A stretch of 64,000 nucleotides of DNA from assembly GCA_000934665.2 (NCBI GenBank), contig KZ538226.1, positions 1-64,000 of the forward strand, in the 5' to 3' direction. A program made the position numbers and the translations under genes. The stretch is from Catajapyx aquilonaris. Its lineage: Eukaryota. Below the pieces are notes generated by a model. It was given only the letters and a program-made list of their open reading frames with translations. It did not search any database and had not been told where the DNA came from. Within the stretch, counting starts at the first letter, position 1, and the number at the start of each line of letters is the position of its first letter. Of the stretch, positions 20,940 to 33,400 are shown piece after piece.

Positions 20940-23375
20940 ATGATTCTGCTTGGAAGATTGCTGCTCAGGCCTGCGACGGTGCTTAGGATCAGGTTAGATG
21001 CTGGTGGTTGTCTGCAACATAATGTGGTTATGTAACATGCTGTATCTCATGCAATATTTTTTTTTGTTTGCAGATGTTGCTCGTTATGGAATAATTCGGG
21101 TGGGATTAAATTGCGGACAGTTCCGAAGCTGAAGATTGGAGCTGGGATTGTTGGGTTTGCTGTAGCGAAGTCAACGTGCAACAACTTTTGGGTTAGGTGC
21201 GATGTGGCGTTGCAGTCACGGATTGAACGGGTTGATGCGCCGGATGTGAAGTTTAACTGGTATCGGTTCTGGTCGTTGGTTGTGCAGAATTTGGGTCACT
21301 TTTTGGCTGCTGTTGTTTGCGCGCTGGTGGTTGCCGTTTTGAATATTCAGATACCGAGGCTGCTTGGCGACATTGTGAATGTGATAGCTGAACATCCGGA
21401 GGAGTTCTTTGAGGCTGTGAAACAACCTGCGCTGCGACTGGCTGCGATGTATGCGGCACAGTCTGTCTTCACTTTCGGATACATCTACACCTTGAGCTGC
21501 GCTGGCGAGCGAATGGCGTCTAAGTTGCGGCAAGATTTATTCCATAGCTTGCTAAACCAGGATGTAGAGTTTTTTGATCTCCATCGTACTGGTGATCTTG
21601 TGACACGACTTACTGCGGATGTTCAAGACTTCAAGTCGGCGTTTAAAACTGTGATATCGCAGGGACTACGCAGCGTAACGCAAGCCACAGGCTCCTTTAT
21701 TGCACTGTATTTTATCTCGCCACAGTTAACTGGCGCCATGTTAGTGATACTGCCCAGTGTGCTGTTGACTGGTACTGTACTTGGATCAACGTTACGTCAC
21801 CTTTCACGTGAAGCTCAAGCGCAAGTGTCTAGAGCGACGGCTGTTTGTGAAGAAGCTATATCCAACCTGCGGACAGTTCGTGCCTTTGCAATGGAAGATG
21901 CGGAGCTGAAAATGTACAGTGATGAAGTAGAAGAGTCGAGACGAATATCTGAAAAACTTGGATTTGGAATTGGATTGTTTCAAGGTGGAGCTAACCTTTT
22001 TTTGAACGGAGTCGTCCTAGGGACGTTGTGTTTTGGCGGCCACCTCGTGTCCAGCAAGGATGTGAATGCTGGACAGCTGATGAGTTTTCTGGTGGCCAGT
22101 CAGATGATCCAGCGAAGTTTGGGTCAAGTGTTTCTGCTTTTCGGTCACTTCGTGAGAGGGATCAGCGCGGGTGGGAGGGTGTTTGAGGTGAGATCCTGTA
22201 AGCTTTTGAGATGACTTATAGTGGCAATAATTTATTATTGTTCCGCAGTTTCTGGACAAGCATCCAACCATCCAGCCTCATCAGGGTAAGATCATTCCAC
22301 AAGTTTCCCTGCATGGTGAAATCAAGTTCAACAAGGTGACCTTCTCCTATCCGACCCGCCCAAACAATATGATTCTGAAGAAATTCAGTCTCTGGATTAA
22401 ACCTGGCAAGAGCGTGGCGATTGTTGGGAGTTCCGGAGCAGGGAAGTCGACCCTAGCTGCTTTACTGGAGCGCTTTTACGATGCCCCATCAGGAAGCATC
22501 ACCATTGATGGATACGCAATCCAAGAGCTGGATCCATCTTGGCTTCGAGGCAAGGCCATCGGATATATTAACCAGGAGCCAATTTTGTTTGCCACAACAA
22601 TCATGGAGAATATAAGGTATGGAGTGTCTGTGACAGTACAAGGCACATGCTGTTGATGTATTTGTTTATTATGATGCTAGATACGGCCGGCCTGGAGCTA
22701 CAGATGATGAATGCATTGAGGCAGCGAAATCGGCCAACGCAGATGAGTTTATTCGCAGCTTCAGTCGTGGCTACGAGACAGTTGTGGGTGAACGAGGCCA
22801 GTCGGTATCCGGCGGGCAGAAGCAGAGGATAGCCATTGCCCGTGCCCTGCTGAAGGACCCTGTAATCCTCATCCTGGATGAGGCCACGTCTGCTCTGGAT
22901 GCAGCCTCTGAGCATGTGGTACAAGAAGCGTTAGAGAAGTGCAGCAAGGGAAGGACAGTGATGGTCATTGCGCATAGACTCAGCACAGTAGAGCATGCAG
23001 ACAACATCGCAGTATTACACAAAGGAACAATAGTTGAGGTAATACAGTGGGTAAAACTCTCGAATCTGTTTCCTATGGTAAGAATTTTTACCTGACCCTG
23101 AAGCATGGGAAACAGGTGGTAAAATCACTAAGAAAGAAACGCATTTGTGTCGGCTTAGCATGCAAGCTGACGGAAATTGGTCACAAACATCATGCGCATT
23201 TATCTCGTTCGTCTCTCTGTTCTTCCTGTACAACTGCATAAAAAATTGCGCATATTTTCAGCAAGGGACACACGAGGAGTTGAAGAAGAAAAAGGGACTT
23301 TACTGGAACCTGTTTCGGCAGCAGCAACATCAACAGAGTGCAGAGGAGAAGTTCGGGAGTGCAGAAGAAAGCTGA
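20940..23375 (+). CDS. ABCB8: Mitochondrial ABC half-transporter ABCB8 (MITOSUR); exons 20940..20992, 21074..22187, 22249..22616, 22681..23038, 23262..23375
   Basis: Arg/Leu-rich presequence [21 protein letters not shown] with [23 protein letters not shown] and [15 protein letters not shown], characteristic of ABCB8. Walker [10 protein letters not shown], signature [14 protein letters not shown], Walker [13 protein letters not shown] and IAHRLST. GT-AG introns join in frame. Confidence 0.92.
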
Positions 23376-26300
23376 AGAATCATGTATTTTATTCCAATAT
23401 ATTTTTTTGGTAGTGGCATCATGTATGAAAAAATTGGTGGGTAATATATTATACAGTATATCGATAAATCCGGCTGAGAGTTAAATTCTTTTTTTATTTA
23501 GACCCTATGAGCATGATAACAAACTGTACACAAAAAGGGACGGATAAAAAATATTGCAAAAATATGTACAAAATTTGAGGAGTTCATTCTGGGAGAGGCG
23601 ACTTCCCCGTCAGGCACACTCCTTTCGCCAGAAATAATTCGACTTTCACTTGAGATTGGGATCAGGAAGATTGGGATGGGCAGAAGAGGAACAGGAGAGG
23701 AAATGCGGTGGGATTTACTTCCATTTTTTTGCTGTGCTGTACTTGGCTGCTTCATTATGCTTTATGGCATAGAAAATGGTATTATTTTGCATCGAGCAAA
23801 ACAATTAATGGTCATTATTTCGCAACAAATTAACTTGAGCGGAAAACTGGCTTCTTATACTCGTAAAACATTTTAACTACATTTAGAATTTAGCATTATT
23901 TAACACATTTATAAAATCAAATGCAACATTGGATTTAGAAGGAGAGAGAAGTAAGCTGTCCGTTGTTGTGTCAATCAACTGTGCATTACTCAACTTCTTT
24001 GCCGTAACTTGTGTGGCTCACTTACAAGTTAGTCTTTATGCATCACAACAACTGTGAGTGGAAATACAGTCGACCCCCTGTGGAAGCCTGAAATAAGTGC
24101 GTACGGCATTCTCTACAACACTGAAATGCACTTACAGTGTGAAAGATTGTTGCAGGCGTAGCAGTCACATTTAGAAGTAAAGGCTCATTAATAACATTTT
24201 GTCTAATAAAATGTGGAAGTTTATTTGTGTAAAATTTCATGAGCCTTGATTCATCTTTGTTGTTAGACAGATTTTTCACACAGAAAGAGACGCAGGAACA
24301 TGAAATATGCTGCTAAATTATATCTGTTGACATACAAGTCTGAAGTAGTTTGCGATTCTTGAGCAAAGGAGATCATGAAAAGTATGGGAGAAGTTCCCAT
24401 TTGTGTGACCATATGAAGCAACATTAAAATCCACATAGCAACACATTACTGTTGGCGTCTTGATACCAAAAGTCTGCGCCTCAACTTTTCACCAATCTAA
24501 TGTGAGGTTACAGCAATATGAACCTCATTATGAGCTAATCAACGAAAGTTTTAAAAACTTTTCTCCCGCTAACTACAAAAAGGCTCAAACTTTTTCCTTT
24601 TTTGAACCTGACTGGAGCTGTAAATTGGTTAACTTCTGCCAGACTTACCCATGTTGCGAAGTTTCACACAACCGATCCTTTAGATTAGGCTCAGGAAATG
24701 ATGCTCTGAATGCACACGCACTAATAACTTGGGAAGACATACTTATCAGTATGCAACGAAGCTAACGAAGCAGCCAGCAAACATAAAGAGTACTCCCTCT
24801 CTCTCTATATATATTTTTTTCCAACCCAATTTCCATAAAACAGCAAGGTGAAAATGGAGAGGAAATGACATCCACAGGCTGCCAGGCCTGCAAAGAAAGT
24901 AAAAGTACATAGTTAGCCGTGATCCCAAAGTAGAGTGCGGCAAAGCGTTACAACTACTGTGTGTTTTTACACTGCCAAGTTTTTTTTATTGACACGACTT
25001 TTTATCTGGAATTCCCCTCTGAAGTGTTGCTGAAATGGGCCTGAAAAGCTGGTGTTAACGACTCTCTTTATCCAACAACAGCAGTCTCAAAATGTTTCAC
25101 CTGCCAGCTGGAAATAAATATCCGGTTTTCATTATTCCGTGCGCCAATGGAATTTTTGTTAGCCAAAAAAAGGCAAGTTGGACTGGGACTTAAAAGTGCT
25201 TATGTGCGATCAGATCAGTAGAATATTAAAAAAGAAGAGAAAACGACTTCTTTTTTTTGCCAGACAAAACTCGATAACGCTTGTGGGAAACGGGAATTAA
25301 AACGCCCCTTTTGATGGTACACCGTTGAAAAGAATCTCTCCTATATCCGTTCCACACACACACAAACAAAAAAAAAACCCTCTGGAAATTGCCTTTTTCA
25401 TTAAGAGACTAAAACTTTGCTCATGTCTTTTCCGATAGAAAAATCCATCTTCACAAACATCCTGAGGGAAAGATTGGGGAGAGGAGAAATCTCAATTATT
25501 GCGCGCCATACATATAGCAATATTATAGGAGAGAAAATGCACTTGGGAATTTCCGAGGTTGCTCGATTGTTATGCAAAATTAATGCTGCTTGCGGGCCCC
25601 ATGATTAATTTCAAACCTTGCGAAATTTACTGGGGGGGGGGGGAGGGAGAAAAATTTGCAAAAAAAAAAAATATATCGCTCCAAATATAATGAAAAGGTT
25701 ACTTATTAATTGAGCGAGTCACGCGGTTCTCACCAAAATCTGGCTTCCATTTCGACCTCGACACCTCTCTAAAACAGGGAAAATTAGGTTGCAAATTGAG
25801 TTTCCGGAGCTGGAGTTGTGGAAGATTAAATTGGCACGACTTAATTATACTAACTCCGCATTTCTATCCGCAAAAATTTTGCAGAAGCGCGTGCAGAATT
25901 ATTATTATTATTATTATTTTTTGCACGCGCGACCTTCTTTTTTAATTGGCCGTCACGAAATCGCGATTCACAATCTGGTACAGTTGTTTGTAAGGCCTGT
26001 ACATGACTTTTACTATAAGAAATTAACACCGAATATATAGCCTATATGATATGAAAGTATACTCGAATCACGCTCACGTGATTTTTTTTCCAATCTGGTT
26101 TCTATAAATTCGTCTGAACATCTGGATAAAGTACGTACGTTATTTATAGCCCTTTCGATCAAAACTGCTCGTAATCTTGACCCAACCCGACCGATTTTGT
26201 GCCTTTACCTAACCCAATAAAGGAATATAAAGAAATCTTGGCGGTTGCAACAAAAAAAGAGAAAAAAGTGGCACACAAGATTGATGCCTGGAATCGACTC

Positions 26301-27078
26301 GGACTTACGAGCTTGGATAGAAGGAAAAACATTTCGCAGTCAAATTTGAGGCCATAAATCAGAATAACATGCCGAGGAGGTATAATCTTAGCTCCTCTCG
26401 TGACGGATTCGCCTTCTCACGTGAACATATTCCTCTTATAAACCCCCTTCCGATTTATTGCATCACGGGACTTTTTTTTATACTATCAAGAGAGGTCATA
26501 AAGCAATCTCTCCCGCTTTTTTTTTTTCATTCGCCCAATTTGACTTTTTACAGCCCTTCATTATCGTTATCATCTGAAGACAATTCTAGATAATTCCTCC
26601 CTCGAGAGATGAGACTCGAGTGTATGTAACTAAGTGCGTCACGTACGCGCGTCATTTGCGTGTGCTCACCATTTTTTTTCTCTCTCCCCCCTCCCTAGCT
26701 TTAGAGAGAAGGTAATGAAATTCCAGATCATAACCACGTGAAACATGAGATAGCCAACTCGCTGGGGACCTAGGCCAGTTTTTTTTTTTTTTTTGTAGGC
26801 CCACTAAAAAAAGAGAGAGGGTGGAACAGCGGACACGCTATGTGTTTTGGGTCATATAATCGACTCGCTTCATCTCCGCTGGCAAAAATTTTTGGAAGCC
26901 AGAAAACATGGCCTCTATTTGGAGGGGGGATAGGTTGAAGCAAAGAGTTCACTTTCATAGATGATAACTCACCCATTATGAATCTGGCAACTTCTGGCAC
27001 GATCTAGCAACATTACAAAAATATCCCCATGTAATTTGGGTTGCATCATGTAAGGATAAAAAGTACCCAAGTGGAAGT

Positions 27079-27262
27079 GTACTATAGCACGCAAAAATAT
27101 TGTCGCACTGTATCCGTGTGGTGTACGCGACTTTTTGTTTACCCTCCTGCCGCCAGAGGCGTTGCCGTAGAATCTACGGCAACGCCTCTGGCGGCAGGAG
27201 GGTAAACAAAAAGCGAACACCACACGGATACAGTGCGACAATCTTTTTGCATGTTATAGTAC
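27079..27262. mobile_element. Foldback/hairpin MITE, copy 1 (almost fully palindromic)
   Basis: Arms of about 90 bp are reverse complements around a centre gtagaatctac. The ends are gtactata...tatagtac, consistent with a TA target. A related copy lies at 53503..53718. Confidence 0.85.
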
Positions 27263-28204
27263 CTGTAGTGCTGGTTCTAACTTCTGATAACACATATGCT
27301 ATGATAGGTTTTTAGTTACTATTTGCGGTCCTCATTGCTAATTAGGACAGCAAAAAAAGGGGTTTGTTCAGAAGGCTCATCATGAAACCTGGGTCTAATG
27401 GCTGCTACTTTGCCACTCGCTCCATACAAAAACGCTTTTTTAAAAGAGAGAAGCAAGCACCTGCGACTTTTCCCACCGCTTTATAAACCGTCTGATGCCA
27501 TATCCCCTGAAACTGATCCTGCTTTAAACGTATAGCCTACACTGATTGCAACTCCAGATATTTTATTTATATAATAATATGTTCCGAGGGGGCCAAGCTT
27601 GATTTCCATATCGATTGATTTTGCTAATGGCCAGGAGATTGTCGGCCGTGAATTTCCGACGATTAAGTAGCGCAATTCAACTCTCGTAATGCGGCGCCGG
27701 TTGTAAATTTCGCTCCATTTAGCACCGTCCCAAAGGATGGCATTGTTTTGGTGCATTAAGTATCAAAAAAAAGTGAGCATGTTTTGCAATGTTTGTAGAA
27801 TTTAACTACCGCTGTAACGCAACATGACACTGGCTGTTTACATGTTATTGTAGACAGCTCTGATTGGTTCTCATTTACATATGGCGTTAGTTGCATCCTC
27901 AAGTCCAACCATTAGATAAGTTTTGCTTACTTCAGTGCAATAAGCGTTAAATAAGTTTTTATTAAAATGTTGAAATAAACATCCTCTCTCAGCAACAATT
28001 GCGATTGTTAAGCTCCGACCGTGAAGCGCACATTTCTACCCAAAAGTATGCAAACAAGGTTTTCCTTGAGCTGCATCTGGCGACGCAACCTGTTTCCTCC
28101 TAACTTTGGTCCCAGGCAACAAAAGGCCTTAATCTCCCAGCTCCCAGCTTTGTCTGCAACCCACGAGACCGTGACATATCAACCGGTTTTTTAAATGTGG
28201 AGCA

Positions 28205-28360
28205 CAGGGTGTCCCACAAACAAGCCAGGATTTTCTGTGTATAGTTGCTAGCATGTTTGATTTAAAAAAAATAGAAACTGCGAACTTTTTTGAGTGCTTC
28301 AGTTGGAATTTTCAAAATTTTCATTTCTAGCCTTCGTTCCAAACATGATGAAACATCCTG
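28205..28360. mobile_element. Possible Tc1/mariner-type MITE remnant
   Basis: Ends cagggtgt...acatcctg|ta. Similar caccctgta ends recur near 35113, 44547 and 54445. Confidence 0.35.
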
Positions 28361-30375
28361 TATACACATACCCTTCTCACTTTCATAAGACTTATTCGCA
28401 TCTACCCCCAGGACCTACCCACACCTCAGTCGGAGGAAGGTGAGATTGCGCTCCAAAGCCTGTGTTAAATTGCTGGGCTTATAGGAGGCTGCGCGGCAGG
28501 CTCGTGGTAATAAAAGAGACGAGCCCGCAACTTTCGCAACACCTTTCCCTTCTTCGAAAGGAGACACGGTTTTTTGGGGAGGACGCCCGGAAATTGTGGC
28601 CCAGGTTTAAAGTGCCTTACCTGCCGCTTTTCATTTTACAAGAGGAGGAGATGGGAGAAGGATATTTTTTTCTGACAGAAACCTGCGTCTTTATCGGCCT
28701 TGCAAAATAGGTTGGGGATCAGTGTGTCACAACAGCAGAGATTCATGACAGATTGTCCGAACATGGCTGACCATATTTTTTTTTAAACGATTTCAAGGTA
28801 CCATTAAAATCCACCAGTTTATGTGAAACTTACCGATAGTATGGCAGGTCACGCAATCACTTTTCCGTCCCAAAGCATGGTCCAAAGTTTGAAAGGCGGA
28901 TAGGAAGGATAAGGGAGAGGTTTGGTTGGGGGGGGGGGGGGGGNGGGGGGGGGAATATTTTAGGCGAATCTTCTGCACCCAAGCAGTCCTGCCGAGCCCT
29001 TGCCCTCCTAATTTCTGAGTTTTTTCAGTCCATCCGCCCCCTCTAGAAAGAAACAATTGTCATACATTTTCACAATAAAAAAATAATGGTGCACTTACCT
29101 GATGGTACCTGAACGCAACAAGTTGTAGGGCACTCTTCCCATTTTTTAAAAAATGTTTATTTTTTGGAGGGGGTGTTGGAGAGCGGAGGGGCAGGAGGAA
29201 GTTTATATAATTTTTTTCAAAAAAGAAGAGCAAGGGCCCGGCTACGCTTGGTCGACCTCTGGCCTCCGGTGTTGGTCTTGAATTACATCTCCTGCGACGA
29301 AGACAAATGACGTGTCAGGAGAGACATTCCAATCTGCATCACTTAGGTAGGGTCTGTGATTTAAATGCATTAGGAACGCAATTAATGCCGTGTTTCAGTA
29401 GTCTCTTATCTCTTGTGCCGCTCGAACAATCTGGGAAAGGTCACGGCTACAGAGAAGAGTTTGGCTAGATAGTTTTTAGGCGGGTCTCATCATATGTCAC
29501 AAGTATTTTTGAGGTATTTTTTTCTATTGAGTTCCGGAGTTCCGTTCATCGGATATCCTGGCATGTAGACTTTCCGTCGCACAGTTGAGCAAATTGGGTA
29601 GCCCTGAACAGTCAGGATAAACTTCTCTTTGCCGCAATTTTATCAGCAACAAAATGCAGATAATTGTGGAACCATGTTTGGCAAATGACAGTAGCTCTGC
29701 ACGCGCAGTACTTGTCACAACTGATGTGCACACGTTGAAGGCTACAGGTGCCACTCACCTGCCTCGGAAAAGTTTAAGAGGCAAAAAAAAGGGCAGAAGG
29801 AATGGTGATGGTCTGTACGTCTGGTGGCCTGAACCTATCCATCTTCGTCAAGAGCCCACGAGTCTCCCCATTTAAACCGTGTCCTACGCCCAGAACACAT
29901 TCTTGACTGCCAGGCACTCGTTGGGAATCAATAGGAGAGACCAACAGACTCTGAAGCCGTCACCATAAAAAAAACTCCAGGAGGAAAATTGAAGCAAAAA
30001 CTGGGAGATGTACCGCCATGAAGAAATACTAGAGCAAGCAGCATCCAGCAGGATTAGATCTGGTTTCCTCATCCGGGTTGGGGGGCTTAATCGCGTCAAA
30101 AGAATGAGGGGATTACGCCACTAGGTCTCATTAATTTCTACCGCCGGATTCCGCCTCCGCAAACATGCAGCCCAGGATTACAGCGAGGGTTAATATCACT
30201 CTCGGCTCCAAAAATTCCGGATATTTTTTTTTTGGGAAGGTTGTGGTATAAGTCAACATGATTATGATTTGTCTGTGCGACTAAGTGATGGATTATCCCA
30301 CATATTTCTAGGGGATTTGCAGTGTCGCAGAGTGTCTAATGCGACGATGGTTTTGAGAGGCCTTACCCCTCAGTG

Positions 30376-30485
30376 TCATCTCATGATCCACAGGGATGAA
30401 ATGTACGGAGCCAGCAGAAGTGGAAGAAGCACAGTGGACGAGGCTCTAGAAGCGTCCTGACGTTGAATGGCCGCCGTCTTGTCTC
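30376..30485 (-). CDS. dpr12: dpr12-like terminal exon with GPI-anchor-like hydrophobic tail
   Basis: Acceptor cctttccag, phase 1. Reads (G)DKTAAIQRQDASRASSTVLLPLLLAPYISSLWIMR*. Absent from the ORF track. Confidence 0.82.
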
Positions 30486-33400
30486 CTGGAAAGGAGGAAT
30501 GTACTGTGCAAATGCGGTGAACCAAACGGGGAGTCATTATTATCAACTGTTGTAACTCGAATTGTGACTAAACTCTACTGGGGTGTCTCATCTTGCCTCT
30601 GAAATCAGAAACTGGATGACTAACTCCTGATCATTTTTAAAAAAAAAATTGCAAAAACTGGCAACTAATTTTCAGCATCGTCCGCTCAGGGAGAAGTCAT
30701 ATAACCGCGAAAACGTTTCATTATGGACCACTTTTATTGTGCCGGATATTTGCTCACTTTACACAACCATGACCTAAAAAGATTACCTTGATATCAGGCC
30801 GGGACAAAGAGGCAATTTCAGGCCCATTTGCCTCCGCTGCGAAGGCCGTTCGCCAGAACAAAGGTTGTTGGGTCACTCTTTCAAAAAAGCACAACCCTAT
30901 AGTCAGACTCCAGGAGAGGACACACACATTTGTGTGCAATCGACAAACGAGGTGTGCAATGAATACTCTCAAAATTGAATCAGGAAGTTGCCATCTGCCC
31001 CTCAAAAATTTTTTTTTAGCATTCACAAGAGTAAACTAATTTTTGGTCAAGTTGGGGTGAGATAATTCGACCACGGAAAGTGTGAGGTAATGCTGAAAAT
31101 TTTTGCGAGAGAGAGAGTGTGTTAGCTTTGCGGTGGTTGAAAATTCAAACCACACAAGTATCACGGGAAATTGAGGCGACTCCACGATTGGATGCTTCGG
31201 TTGAACTACTTCACATGAATATCAAGTGAGAACCAGATTTGCCTTTCGTGTCCTAAGGTTTTCCTAAAGATCCGACCTCCCATGCATTTGTGCTCGGTTC
31301 TACAGTAGTTAATAATATGCTTCTACACACTCTTTCTCCATTGCAGCCTATACATGGGGAAGTTTGTAATGATTCACAAACTTCTATGCTTCTGGTTGCT
31401 GGAGTGAACAACACATTTGCTCACTGTATTGAGAGCACGGGGCGGAACTGCTTTGAAATTGCAAGCAGTGAATCACAACTGGTGAAGCATTAATTAACGA
31501 GGATTTAGCGCCAATATGCATAGTCGTAAATTGCCCCAGCTTGCACCGTTCTAGGGGGGAAAAATTACAGCTCGGTACTTTCGTAGCTCTAGAAACACAG
31601 AAACGGTGCGTCGTATGTATTCACCTGGCGTTAATGTAGCGGTCGGTTCCCCTTTGAGTTTCCTTCCTAAACCAATTTCGCTTACTTATCCGTCTTGGTA
31701 GGCGTAAGTTCCTCCAGCAAACTACTTCATCTGCGCTCTACTTTGCAATTATGGCCAAACGCAAGTTCAGACGAATCCAGTTTTAGCGATTCCTATCTTA
31801 AATGCGATAATTATTGCACGTATAATGATCATGGATACACCTGAGAACCGATTATGACAAATTAATTGGTGCACTATGCTATCAGAATGAGATGAACCAA
31901 TCGGTCTCTTGTCTTTCTAGACAGGGTAAAATAGTATTACTCATTTACACATTTATGGGTAAAATCGTTTTGTATTGTGCTTATGTCTTACAATATACAG
32001 AACAGTAGGCTAGTAGGTCTACTATAACGTCATATAGAAAAAAATACCACCGGTAATTGAACCTCATGTAGGCCTATGGTTATATCTGGCATTATTGTAC
32101 ACATTTTGCACATTTATTTTTCAATTGCAGTAGTTTTTTTTGTCAAAAATATTAACCTTTCCCATCATTCCAAGTCCTAATCGAGAACTTATGAGACCTG
32201 GTGCACTAATTTATCTGTTAGGTTCACTTTTTACGCGCCACTTGGAATATGATCTTTAATTTTACAGATCCTGCAAATAATTAATTTCTACACTGTGGCA
32301 TTTATATTAAATTAAACTATTGAATTTGAAAGGCACGTGTAAATAGCTTGAATTGATCGCACTCGTGATCATGACGGAACAACTACTCGCCTCTGACTCT
32401 GCTATTAATTTTGGTAAGTACCTTGGAGCCTTCTGCACTTAGCTGTCGTTGCTAAACATTTTTGAGAGCTTATGCACATAATGAAAAATCCTGACATTTC
32501 GGTCCACATGCAATGTGTGAAATCTGCAGTACATATAAACGCATATATGCATCACAAAATTGCGCTTTTTGCCCGACTACATCAGACCAGGATGTGGTAA
32601 CATCTGCAGAGGATGTACGGCGGCTCTAACGTCCCATATGCCTAATTATTCTTTCAAATTGTGTGATTATTTCAGAGGATAAATCCAGCTTATTGTCATA
32701 AGGGGGGGCAGGCATGATTCCCGAGTGAAAAGAGTCCGTGGCAATAAGAGCCGAGGGTCTGAAACAAACTGAGCTTCCTGGCTGCGCAGCACGCGGTTTA
32801 TTCAGATCAAAAATCCGCCTAGAATTTGTTCGGGATTTTGAGGCTAACGGAAAAGGAGATTTGAACAAGCCTATCATTTGCGTATAATCACGGGTATCAT
32901 AGGCATGGGGATTAATGTACCGGGCGAAAATTTAAAGTTCGTGGCAAATTTTTGCTTTTAAAAATGCTGACATGACCGGTCAGGTCGGATCAGGTCCACT
33001 AGAAGCGACGTAAGGAAATAACACGTAAGCACACATTGTGTGGTCCGGTTGGAGGAGATAGAGAGCAGTGTTGGAGAGAGTCCGGCTAGAAAACCCCCAG
33101 CAAACCGGCCATGAGCAATATGTGTGTGGAGATAATACGGACAAATGCCCGGGGCTTAACGTGGTGGGCAAATGGGGGCCTTGGGCTTCACACGGCCGCA
33201 TTATCCCGGCGTGACGGATGTGCCACCGCTGCACTTGTCACAAGCGAGCCCAACCGCATATTTATCTCGTTTGCCCCCTCTCTCAACCCATCCCCATACA
33301 CACCCCCCCAAAAAACCAACCCTAACATTCTCCACCCACACATGACATTTCAGAAGTTGCTCCCAAAAATTTCTGGACCCTTACAAGCTTACCTGTTTCA

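Noticed and set aside
22784..22830. ABCB8 signature VSGGQ instead of LSGGQ
   Set aside because: A conservative substitution with all other ATPase motifs intact; not evidence of altered function.
26969..27315. Two near-identical ORFs on opposite strands (MSHCIRVV...)
   Set aside because: An artefact of the palindromic MITE, not genes.
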